From Geosiphon pyriformis uo1 (Eukaryota; Fungi; Glomeromycota), in the NCBI GenBank assembly GCA_016748015.1, contig JAAOMT010000776.1, positions 493,496-557,495 of the forward strand: a stretch of DNA of 64,000 nucleotides. The letters run 5' to 3'. This document shows positions 33,995-46,500 of this stretch, in pieces. A program made the position numbers and the translations under genes. The notes beneath the pieces are model-generated. The model saw only the letters and a list, made by a program, of their open reading frames with translations, did not search any database and was not told the DNA's origin. How positions within the stretch are numbered: position 1 is the first letter of the stretch; every line of letters begins with the position of its first letter.

Positions 33995-35520
33995 TTTTTT
34001 ATATTTTATATTTATTTATTTAATGAGCAAGGTCCAATTACTACTTAGAACTATACACCAAAGAAATAATCTAAACTAAGCATGAATCATGCATTTTTTA
34101 CACGTGACCAGCCACTCAAGCCAGTCAGAACAACACTACACAATTATATTGACAGAAACTGAATACTTAAAAAAAACGAACAAGACTTGTAAAAGTCAAA
34201 ACAGATGCCAAAAACTTCAGTAATACCAAGCAATTTAATCACACCAGTTGAGAACCCCAAAACCAAATCAGAAACCAAGACAGGAATCAAGTTATCTGCT
34301 GAAATTAGGCCATTCTTCTCCATAAATGCACAATGCTTAACATAAATCAACCAAATATTATTCTTAAAAGTGAGACAAAGAGAGCACACAAAATCAGTAA
34401 TTTCAACACCAGCAACTTTGGGATTATAGAAAATGGAAACAGCTTCCTGCAACCATCTATTGAAAACTAAACTCTTGTAAAGAGCTGAGAACACCAGAAA
34501 ATCTGAAGCACAAGTTGATAACAGCTACAATACACCTAAAAAAGGAAGAAAGAGACCAGAAAGCACCTTCTAAGAAGACATGCAGGATTCCAAGACCTAA
34601 TGATGAGCTGAATCATCAATTATACAAGAAAACACATAATCAGACACCTCCACTTCACAACAATACAGACACAGAACACTAGGATAACATTTATCGTAAA
34701 TGCACTTTCGAACAGCCATGGGAAACTGATGGTGCAAAGCCTTTATGAAGTAAGTTTGAGTATCAGCAGTGTGCCTGCTGGTAAAACCAGTGGCCATATG
34801 CAAATCTGGGTGCCAAACTCTGGAAGAACTAGGCCAATTGACTTCTGAATGCAAACCACTATCTAGAAATCCAGAACCAGAACTGACCTCCCAATGTACA
34901 CAACAAACAGCACAAAAAACATCACAGATAAAGTGTCTAGAATTGCCAGAAACAATACCACCATCTACCAACAAAAAATGTTCACTAATATGAGAAGGAA
35001 GATACCAACCAGAGAGAAACACAGTGCCAGCAATGCTATTGGCACAATTATTTCCCAAAATACCAAAGTGGCCCTTAATCTTGTGTCAGCTAATCCTCAA
35101 ATTCTTACTGCAAATAACATTCCTAATATGCTGATGCTCGACCCAATACTAATTGTGAAAATTAGGGCACACCAGGTCAAACTTTGACCTGCAAGCATTC
35201 AAAGCCGTCTGACTATTCGAGAACAGATAAACAGAATAAACTGCAGGTATGTACTCCAGGGCCAATGCTATAGTCTGTAACTCCACCAAAGTAGAAGACA
35301 CCAAGTCTTGAACACTAACATCTAAACCCAAATTAATGTCCTCAAAAAAGGCAGCAGCTCTTGCATTATAACCAATCATGCCCAAATTTCTCAACAAACC
35401 ATCCATATACACAGACAAACTATCAGTGCCAACCTGAGAAAGACAATCACAGACAGACACAAAATCATTAGAATTACAAATGTTCAGAAAACCAATACCA
35501 GCTGATGCCAAAAAGAAAAA
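33995..35520 (-). mobile_element. 5'-truncated decayed LINE (RNase H, CCHC, 3' UTR), related subfamily
   Basis: VYMDG..ELQTIALAL..SNSQTAL, GNNCAN, CLYCCEVEVSDYVFSC; same 3' UTR motif; A-rich tail at ~33995-34020. Confidence 0.88.
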
Positions 35521-36430
35521 ATGAGGAGTTCCTTATATTATAACATCAAAAAAAAAGTTTTTAGAAAAATATTAATATTATTACATAAATAGAATTAAAA
35601 AATTTACAAAAAACTAATTGTAATTAAAATAAAAATATTAATAATTAATATATCAAGAAAAAAACTTGTAATACTATTTATAATATTAATACTATATATT
35701 TAAATGAAAAAATTTAATATTCTTAAATTAAATATTAAAATACTAAAATAAAAATAAAAACTTTTTATCAAAATATTGCTTTTTAAGAAATTTAAAACAA
35801 AAAAGAATAAAAGGTTTTTTGTTATTAAAAAATAATAATATGATTTTTTAATTTATATATTTATAAAATTAATTTATTTAAGATTTTTTGTAATAATAAT
35901 ATAAATTTTTTGTATAAAAAACAACAAATATTGATAATATTTGTTTACATATTTTACAATTGTAAATTCTAATTGTATACTTATAAATATAAGTTTTGTT
36001 TTATAAAACTTTATTAAAAATTATTTTAAAAAATAATTTATATACATAAAATTTAATTTTTGTTTTATGTTTATAAATATGCATTTTTTTAAACTATTCT
36101 AATATTAATTTTAGTATTATATCTGTTTGGTAGATTTTTAACAAAAAATAAAAGATAAAAAAAATAAGAAAATTGGTATTTTATTAATAATTATAATCAA
36201 AAACTATTATGTACTAAATAAATACATATTTATATTTTAATTAAATTATAAATTAATTTTGTTTTAATTATAAGATATAACTGAAACATGTAATATTAAC
36301 TGTTGCTTTTATATTGAATATTTTCAGATTAATGCATAATTTTGAAAAATAAATTCTTTGATTTCTTTTATTGTTAATACCTACTAACGAATCACATGAT
36401 CACTTACCAGGATGTCTTAGAATATTAAAC

Positions 36431-36436
36431 ACGCGT
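36431..36436 (+). promoter_or_regulatory. Possible MCB (ACGCGT) cell-cycle box upstream of POB3
   Basis: Exact ACGCGT ~80 bp upstream of the ATG, at the edge of otherwise CpG-poor DNA; single 6-mer only. Confidence 0.3.
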
Positions 36437-36515
36437 CAAATTTTGAGAACTTCTTTCCCTACATCGATCTCCTTATTTCTTCAATAATTGGGCCATTCCT
36501 TCATCTAATCTCATA

Positions 36516-39268
36516 ATGGGTGAACCAAGATCACAACAATTTGACAATATATATTACGGCCTCAATTTAGAAGCTGGAGTATTGAAACTTGCGCCAATTG
36601 GTTTGGGTTGGAAGACAAGTGGTGCCGATTCAATACTTACTGTGTCTGCCGAAGAGTTTCGGCGTTTGCAATGGCTTCGGGTGGCGAGAAATTATCAGCT
36701 CAGAATACAGGTCAAAAATGGAGATGTACATAAGTTTGACGGGTTTCTCAAAGAGGCATGCTTTTTTCCATGATTCGAAGTTTTATATGATGCAGCCACA
36801 AGCTGACCTATCCCATGCCAAAATTCTAGGACTACGAGACTTTGAGGGAATTGTCCAAGGTAAACTATCGAATGGGTCTAGAGGTTAAGGAACTCAGCAT
36901 TAAAGGATGGAACTGGGGTAAAACTGATTTTCAAGGTATGTAATTTTTTACAATTTTTGTTTCTATAATTCATCATTTATAATTCTTGACAATAGCTTTT
37001 AATTGCAGGAACACAGCTTTTATTCAACGTTAGCAACAAAACAATGTTTGAGATTCCTCTTAGTCAAGTCGCCAATACTAATCTTGCTAGTAGAAACGAA
37101 GTCAGTCTCGAATTTATGCAACCTGAACAAATGGATGAAGACGCCCAACGTGGATCGGCCAAGCCAGTTCACGAGCTAGTAGAAATGCGATTTTACATTC
37201 CTGGTATTGTCAGTGTGCCACTAGGGGAAGGTGATGAAGGCGATATAACTTTGCAGGAAACGGAAAAAAAAACAAATGTTGAAGGAGCCCCGGAAAAACC
37301 CGAAGGAGAAGATCCAGAAGATGAGGAGGTTACTGAAGAGATGAGTGCCGCTTCCGTAAGTGACCCATAGTTAATTAAAATTTCGTATATTTCAAAGCCG
37401 TGACAAAATCTTAATTGATTTCAACAATAGGTATTCCATGAAATAGTAAAGGAAAAAGCTGATCTTACACAAGTATCTGGCGAAGGGATTGTTTTATTCT
37501 CGGATATTCTTCTCCTTACACCCCGGTATTATTAAATGGCAATATATATCTGAAATTTTGCCTTTTTTAAACTCATTATTTTCTATTTCAGGGGGCGCTA
37601 CGATATTGACATGTTCAGCACATTTTTACGACTTCGTGGAAAAACATACGATTACAAGATTCAATACAGCACTGTCATGAAACTATTTTTGTTGCCAAAA
37701 ATGGACGACATTCACGTGATGTTTGTGGTCAGTACTTAGATTTTCAAAAGTTGTATGTTTATAACGAGATTGTGATACCTTCCAATTTTGCTTTTGATTT
37801 ATTTTTCTCATTTTAAAGGTTGGGCTTGATCCACCGCTTCGACAAGGACAAACTCGATACCCTTTTCTTGTGATGCAATTTACTAAAGATTTCGAAGCTG
37901 AAGTTGAGCTAAATCTTGACAAGAAAGTATTTTACGTGAATTTAGTAATATCAATTGTTTGGATTAATTATTATCTTTTAATATTCACAGAGAACAGATT
38001 GAAAAAACTTATAACAATAAATTGGAAGAAAAATATGATACAGCTCAATATGAAATTGTCAGCACACTATTTAAAGTGCTGACCCAAAGAAAAGTGACGA
38101 TACCTGGAACATATCGCAGGTTTTTCACATGATCCTACTAAGAAATAAAATTTCGAAATCCCTTTCTTCAAACTAATAAAATGTACCTCAACCTAGTCAT
38201 CATGCTAATTCTGCGATCAAATGCTCCATGAAAGCTAATGAAGGATATCTTTATCCCCTCGAAAAATGCTTCTTGTTCATCCCCAAGCCCCCAACGTTTA
38301 TTCCTATACAGGATATTAAAAGTGTTACTTTCTCCAGGTAAATTTCTACATATTAATTCTGCAATATTTAATCTAAATTGATTCATACGCGTTAAAATTT
38401 TCAGAGTTGCTGGGAATACATCGAGTGCGCGCACCTTTGATCTAAAATTTAATATGAACAGTGGTGCAGAAACCCAATTCTCGAGCATAAACAGGTTCAA
38501 TTTTTGCTTGGTCTCTTGGTTTTTTTAGATCCAATATACACTCAATGTCTGGTACTTTAAAATCAATAGAGAAGAGTATAAAAATATAGAAGAATGGATG
38601 AAATCAAAAAATATCCAGACAAATGATGATATGAACGAAGATGTACGGATTCTTAAATACTTTTGTGAAATTCACGATAGAGCCATAATTATTTCCTTTC
38701 ATATTCAACCCCTTTAATGACTTTAGAGTATGTTCGCCTATAAAGCGCTAGAAGAACTTGCGGATTCGGATGAAGAGGAAGAAGTCATTCCGGTTACAAA
38801 GCGCCGTGGACTTCCAGAACCTATGGACCTGGACAACGAAGATGAAAGCGGTAAGAAAAGCTGGAGTTTTAAGAAACAGAATTTTTTTTCTCTAATTACA
38901 AACAATCTATATCATTCTTTGATTGTAAAGTGGATGAAGATTTTGTCGCTGACGAAAGCGAAAGTGATGTGGCGGAGGAGTATGATGAGGAATACCGAGG
39001 GTCTCAAACCTCTTCAGATGATGAAAAAAGAGTAGAACGCCCTAAAAAGAAATTAAAAGCATCTGGAAAAACTGAATTGAAATCAAAGAGTGAAGATGTG
39101 GATAAAGAATCAAGCTCCAAAGGTAAAGAAGTAGAAACTGCGGCCAGTTCAAGAAAAGGCAAAGAAGTAGAAGCTATTTCAAGCTCAAGAAAGGGCAAAG
39201 AAGTGGATCGAGTATCCAGTAGTAAAAAGGGTAAAGAGCCGGAGAAGAGGAAGCCTGGGCCCAAGTAA
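36516..39268 (+). CDS. POB3: FACT complex subunit Pob3/SSRP1, 12 exons (approx. 36516-36755, 36830-36935, 37009-37355, 37431-37525, 37592-37727, 37819-~37922/37926, ~37991/37998-38119, 38197-38337, 38405-38494, 38570-38642, 38727-38850, 38931-39268)
   Basis: Signature motifs [95 protein letters not shown]; acidic tail, no HMG box; short introns with CTRAY-type branch points. Confidence 0.96.
39110..39250 (+). repeat. Four 36-bp coding tandem repeats (SSxKGKEVE) in the Pob3 C-terminus
   Basis: [11 protein letters not shown] / [12 protein letters not shown] / [12 protein letters not shown] / [12 protein letters not shown]. Confidence 0.85.
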
Positions 39269-40146
39269 TGCATTATCACCTTATCAGATGCAAATTTTCA
39301 TATAATGATGACATTTTGGATATTATTTTTTAAATTTCAAGTTTAATGCCCAATTTCAGATTGCCGAAATCATAGAATTTGCCAAATATCTGATGATTAT
39401 AGATATCATTTGGGAGATGCAATCTCACAACGAAATAGATGGAACTGATTCATTAAGCAACCATGGCGCTTTTCCAAGAAACAGTGAATGAAAGGGCGAT
39501 CTAATGCCAGATTGTAAATATCTAAGAGCACTATTATAGCAACAAAAAAGAGCAGAGGTTCAACGGTCAAGATCTCAACTTTCCTTAATATGAATTCGAT
39601 CTTTCAAGTTAATTTGTAATATTGTCTACATATATTATGAATCTCAACGAGTCTTTTATAACAATGGATGGTCACTTGTTATAGGTGCGGGTAACTAATG
39701 GGTTGACGACATCATTGAGCTTATCCTGTTTATCCTAGTTCACCCGGCTTTCCATTACAGATTTTTGAGCATTTTAATTGAATCACTGTCGGCAAACTTA
39801 GTACATTGTGTGTACTATAAAGATGTGAAATTATTTGAAAATCTTAACGGATTATACAATTCTACGAAATCCAGCAATCTTCATTTCAAATGTTGAAAAA
39901 CAAATGAATTATTAAGCTTTCAAAAGAAAAACGATACACCAAGTAATGATAGTGCGATAAGCCTTTGGAATATACGTATTTAAATTACAACCACCTAATG
40001 ATAAAAGGAATAAGATATGCGTGATTGAAATCTTGTTTCGAGATACTGATTGTATTTTCTTGGTGGTCATTTAATTTCGATTATTAAATTAGGATATAAA
40101 AGGCCTTTAGAATACTCAATTATATTTTAAATACTTTTTTAATTGT

Positions 40147-41803
40147 TCATCCATGCTTCTCTTCAAGGCCAACCTTAATCCAGACAGCTTTCGATGGCAC
40201 ACCATCCTCCACAATAAATAAAAGGTACGGTCCAGGAGGTGCAACACCACCAGCTGGGGGTGCGGTTAATTTAACTTTCCCAACAGATACCAATTTTGCG
40301 GTTAACCAAACAAGCCGTTGGCTCATGTGAGTCGAATGAGAAACAAACCCTGAATTAAGAATATTTGCCTTAATTTTGGGTTTTTTTCTATAAGTGATGA
40401 TATTGATTACAAAATTTTGTCCATAGCTCACGCTTCCTGGCGCATTCACAATCAACGGTCGTGGGTTCCCAGTAAACATATATGTGGGAGAAAAAAGTTC
40501 TACACGATATTCTGTCGGATATGGGCCATCAATTAATGGTTTTCTGTTTGGATTCGATCCAGATACTAAAACCTGACCCGATGGTACAGTAAACCCAATC
40601 GAATGGTACATACGGGGAATGTAAGATGGTTGCATCTTTTTGAATCGAGATCCTATTTTCCGTGTATAATCATAGATCACTGGAGTCAATGTCGGATCAG
40701 AGCATTTTGTGAATCCAGCTGTCCCTTGATTACAACCATTCAAGATCATCAATTCACCATTTGCCAATAATGTCATATCAGGCATTACACGACCGAATGG
40801 CATTGTATCCATTTCCCAGGTAGGTGAATCAGAGAGGGGTTTAATACGTCCGCAAGTGTGATCCCCACTAGCATTTCTATTAAGTTTATTAGCCCCACCA
40901 CATACAAGAATTTCTGGATTCCAATCATTCTCAGGAGACAACGGTAAGAGCACTGATGCACCTGTTAATGGATAATTCCTTGGAACACCAGGAATATCAG
41001 GGAGTCTGTTCTTAATACTCCATGTGTTCGTGTCAAAAATGATCGCTCGCGTATTAGCCAGAATAAACAAATTTTTATCTGGAAGAAGATGTACCATCGG
41101 ATATAAATTGTATGGTAAAGTTTCCACCAAAAAATCAAACTGAACAACACCTTGCGGTGATGGGGGATATGTTTCGAAACTTGGTACATTCACGGTCTCA
41201 TTATTGACATATACACCTTTAACGGATCCAGCAATAATAAATAATGTACCATCCGCCAACTGTTCAACAGTCGGGTACCAACGATTGGCAACAAGGCTTA
41301 TTTCGGATTCTACCCAGTCACAGCTTCCGTCGTCACAAGGTGTAAATGATCTGATTTTGTTGTAGCCAGATGGAACTCCTTGAGTGGCTTCAGCGCCACC
41401 AAGGTTAATCAAAGTCTGGGAAATTGGGTTGGAATAAAGATAAGAGATGAAATATTACATAAAACAGTAAAAAATTGAGAAGGCTTACTCCGTTTGGCAA
41501 ATAAGAACCAGCCGAACAAAACGTATTTGTTCGAACGGATAATGGCCTTATTGTATTTGTATCCAAGTCATATTCCGTGGAATATGCATATTTACCATTC
41601 AATTTCACTTGTGTTTCTTTTTCAACGCGTCCAATGAAAATAACTTTATTGGTACCAGGTGCCAAAATGCCGTGCATGCTTGACACCCCAGAGACACCAA
41701 CATAGTCCCATTGGCCAACCTGATTAGTTTGGCTTCGTACAGAACCAACTTTAAAAAATATTATCAGACTCACAACGGATATTATATTTGTTAAATTTAT
41801 CAT
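40147..41803 (-). CDS. Secreted copper radical oxidase (CAZy AA5, glyoxal oxidase-like); exons 41803-41489 and 41415-40147
   Basis: Hydrophobic signal peptide; motifs SMH, NTFCSAG (cofactor Cys), RWYPT, NLYP, RMYHS (Tyr/His ligands), SHSTHM (His ligand), C-terminal APPGPYLLFIV..GVPS; 73-nt GTAAGC...CAG intron. Confidence 0.93.
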
Positions 41804-42699
41804 AATCAATTTTAAAGCTTCAATATGCACTTAATAAGCGCGAAGTTCAGAGGATCTGTTGGGTAAAGAAAAACGGAACTCGGAATGAGCTTTAGGAAAT
41901 TAAACCCGAAAAGTATTGACAATGATAAAGGGATTTCGAGAAAAGGGAAATAAGAGAACAAAATGAGGGACGGGAGAAAAACACCCAAAAGAACTGTTCA
42001 AAGTTCTAAAGGTGATTTAAACGAAAACTCGACAAGCGAAACAATTCAATCTTTGAAAGTCGGATTTATATAAACTCCGATTAAAAGTCAAAATGAGTCT
42101 AGTTCGTGGAATCTAAAAGTTCTTGAAACGCGTGTGGAATTAGATGATATTTGTTGATATTATGAAAATCACCTTGCAATGTGGAATCTCACTGATGAAA
42201 AATACTCGATAATGCTTATCAGGTTAAAAATCGTGAGCTAACTTCTCAAAACGCTAATACCATCAATTTCAAACGATTGGGGCTTACAAACTTATTGGAA
42301 CGAACAAGCCGAAGAATTGTCTCAGAAATTGTGCTCACCCACCATGATAAACTTAGCCGATTGCGTTTAATCCTTCGACGAGGTGACCTCTGATGAACAT
42401 GAACTCTCACAAACCATTCTTGTCATTTTTAACTGCCGCATGCAGGAAAGGAGAGTTGCCTGCCATCGAAGAGAGCTCTGGAACAGACGAAAAGCGCGAC
42501 AGTAAACTTCAGAACATGCAAAATATCTCAATCGTACACTATTAATCAAGATGTATCCGGAGATTTGCTCATATTACTTTTTTCTACTGGAGTTGACATT
42601 ATCGCTTTTATACCAAAATTGCATAGATGTTTGGGCAGGAAAAGACGCTAATTATCACGAAGACAAGAAACTCCAAAAAGCTGCAATAGAAACACCAAT

Positions 42700-43210
42700 C
42701 TTGACTGAAATATGCAGGAACCGCAAATCCAGTCAAATGGACAACATGCACGAGTACCAGCCATGTATGACCATTTCAGAACAGCCATCGTGCAAGACCA
42801 ACTGCTAATCAAATTCAAAAAACCAGAGAAACCCACTCTTGAAACTTACCAAATTTCTTGGACCAATGACTATTGTACTGAATTGTGGTCACCATTCATG
42901 TGAGAAGAAAAAGGAAAAGCAAAAGAAAAGGAACAACCAATTTTATCAAGATATTTACCTCCAAGTATGAGATTTCAATCATACAGATGCTTAAAACTTA
43001 AATTTATTGTTTATGGGAGCATGTTATGTATTAGATAAAGAATGGCTCAGAGCTATCTGATTGATTGTTATAAGAAAACTTTTAATAAACCAAAAAAAAC
43101 AGAGAAAATAAAAAGAACTTTATGTTTTGTTTGTAAAAAAAACTTGACAAATGCATATATATAACATTTCAAAAAAATGGGTAATAATTGTGTTAATACA
43201 CAATTTTAAA
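42700..43210 (+). mobile_element. Decayed Gypsy fragment (protease C-terminus and start of Cys-rich module)
   Basis: QEPQIQSNGQHARVPAMYDHFR...LIKFKKPEKPTLETYQISW matches QELTISYQGQHA*VPATC (C) and MCDHFK...LIKFEKEERKPIWKAYQVLW (B). Confidence 0.7.
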
Positions 43211-43578
43211 GAATAATTATGGCCAAATTCAATAGTATTATTTTAACTAAAATATTAGTTATTAAGCAAACATTAGATAAATATTTTAATAAATAAATAT
43301 TTTTAAATTTTTAAATATTTTAAATTTTCAAAATTATTATTAAATATTTGTTTTAACAATAAAATACTTAACTAATCTGAATATAAAACTTTATAAGTAT
43401 TGTTTTATTTTATATTATTTTAAGTATTATAATAAATTTATAATCTATTATTATATATTATTTATTTAAATTTTAAGCTTAACCAATTAATAAACCAGAA
43501 TAAAATTAAAATTAAAAACAATTCCAATATAAATATTAATTTTAAAGCCAATAACAATTTAAATACTGTTTTAAATAT

Positions 43579-46500
43579 TGTTATAAATAAACTTAATAGA
43601 ATATTGTGGTAATTTTTGGTGTTTTAAATTTGAATAAAAAAGCTGTAAGATTTTTTTTGAATAAATAAAAAGCATATTAGAAGTATTAGTCTTTGTAAAT
43701 TTTTACTATATATAAATATATCTGTAAAATTTTTTGGTTATAAGACACAAAAATGTATTTTGGCAGTTTGTGGTTATTATTTGAGTAGAAAAACCAATAC
43801 AAAGTTATTAAAAAAATTGTGATTAATATGTAATAATATAAAAAAATATAATAATATATAATAATAATACATAATAACTTAAAATAATACAAGATAATAC
43901 ACAATAACATAAAATAACTAGTTATAATATAGAATAATTAGTTAGAAAGCAATAAAATAAAGCAATAACAGAAATAACAAACAATAGTTAGTAATAATAA
44001 ATAATTAAAAGCAATTTTATAAAACTAAAAAATATATATAAAAATAAATAATTTTAGCAGATAAAAAAAAAAATCTTCTCAATTTTTTTTAACATATTTT
44101 AGCTTAACTCGATAAGATTTTTTTATTTTATTTTCTCTATATTTTTTATTTAATCTACTTATACATAATTACAGGATTTGAATTATTAAAATTAAATTAA
44201 TTGTTTTTCTTATTTTTATTTTAGACTAAATACTATTAGCATAAACAGTTTTAGAATTTTAATAACTTAGACTAAGTATTTTAATCATGATAATTGATAA
44301 TACTAATTTTTTTTTCTTTTTTTTTGTTTTATTTTTATTTTTTTCTTGTTTGTTTTATTTTTATTTTTTTTCTTATAGAATAATAACAAAAAAAATCAAT
44401 TGTTTAGAAATAGACTTTATAATAGTCTAGTAAAAAAAAAAGCTTTTTTTAAGTTTAGATATTAATTCTTTCTTGTTAGCTTATTAGAAAAACAAAAAAA
44501 CAATATTAGATCTTAGTAACTGTGCTCAATTAGCTCAGAAAAAATAGCTTATATTTACAATTACAATCTGTCAAAATATATTTTTGTGTCTTATAGCCAA
44601 AAAACTCTATAAGTAAATTTATATATAATAAAAACTTTTAGAGACTAATAAATTTCAACATATTTTTTATGCAATTAAAAAAAATTTTATAGTTTTTTAC
44701 TTAAATTCAAAACTTCAAACATTACTATAATACTTTACCAAGTTTATTCATAATATTTGGTGTTTTTTGTAAGTTTATAAAATTTACAGAGACAAAACAC
44801 TGCAGAAATTCACAAAAATAGCAATTATTAAAATTATAGAAAAAAATTATTTGCTATTTAGAAGAGTATTATATCACTATTTTAAAAAAAACTTAAGAAT
44901 ATTAACAAAAACTATTGCTATCAAAAGCAATTTTTGTCATTATATACATGCTAAAATTAACTATTTATAAAGCCAAACAACTAATATAGAAAAACTTGAA
45001 AAATAAATTCATTAACAATTATTAATATATTTAATTTTAATTATTATATAAACTATAACTAAGACTTTTATTTTAATTAACAAAAAAATTAAGATATATA
45101 TTTAAAACTAATATTTTTAATGAAAAAAAAAACAAATATTGAAATTTGATTTCAAAAAATCCAAGTTTAATTTTAACAATAATACACAAATCACATAAGA
45201 AAAAGTTCTACTTATAATATTACCCAAGTAAAAAACCAATCCAAAAATATTGAAAAATCATAATTAATATATGATAAAATAAAAAAGTGTAATAATATAA
45301 AATAATACAAAATAATACATAATAATACAGAATAATATAAGATAATACACAATAATATAAAATAGCACAGAATAATTAGTTATAATATAAAATAACTAAT
45401 TATAGTATAAAAAAAAGCAATAACAAAAATAATAAGTAATAGCTAATAATAACAAACAATTGAAAACAATTTTGTAAAACTAGAAAATATATATAAAAAC
45501 AAGTAGTTTTAGCAAATAGAAAAAAACAAATAAAAAACAAAAACTGTTTTTTTTAAAACATATTTTATTTTCAACTTAATAAAAATCTTTTCTTTTCTTT
45601 ATATATTTTTATTTTTTATTAAATAAAAATATTATTTAATTTACTTATATATAATCTCAGAATTTGTGTTATTAAAATCAAATTAATTGTTTTTTTTATT
45701 TTTATTCCAGATCAGATGCTCTTAATATAAACAGCTTTAGAATTCTAATAACTTAAACTAATCACTTTTGATTATAATAATTGATAATATTAAAAAAATT
45801 AACTGTTTGAAAATAGACTTCATGATAATCTGATAAAAAAAAAAGCTTTTTTTAAGTTTAAATATTAAATCTATCTTGTTAATTTACCAGAAAAATGAAA
45901 AAACAATACCAAACTTTAGCAATTGTGTTTGACTAGCTCAGAAAAGATAGCTTATATACACTTAATTACAAACAGTTAAATCATATCTCTGTGTTTTATA
46001 ACTAAAAAACTACAAATAAATTCACATTTATTAAAAAATTTTAAAAAACTGATAACTCTAATCTGTTATCTATGTTAATAAAAAAACTTTTCAAGCTTTT
46101 TTATTCAAATATAGAGCACCAAACATTACTATTATACTTCATTAAGTTTATCCATAATATTTGGTGTTTTTTGTAAAATTATAAAATTTACAAAGAAAAA
46201 ACATTCCAGAAATTTACAAAAGTGGTAATTATTAAAACTATAAGAAAAAATTATTTACTATTTAGAAGAGCATTATTTTAACACTTTAAAAAAGACTTAA
46301 AAATATCAACAGAAACTGTTATTGCCAAAAGCAATTTTTGTTACTATGTACTTACTAAAATTAACTATTTAATAAGCCAAACAACTAATATAAAAAAACT
46401 CGAAAAATAAATTTAACTTTAATTACTACACAAACCATAGCCAAGATTTTTGTCTTAATTAACAAAAAAATTAAGATATATACCTAAAACTAATACTCTT

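Noticed and set aside
1175-35187. Numerous antisense and alternate-frame ORFs in the ORF track (e.g. 1175..1534+, 7538..7912+, 16563..16844+, 28122..28424+)
   Set aside because: Shadows of TE coding strands with no motifs and no conservation between homologous copies.
42367-42836. Small ORFs upstream of the oxidase gene as a third host gene
   Set aside because: No recognisable motifs or splice structure; the distal part overlaps a Gypsy fragment.
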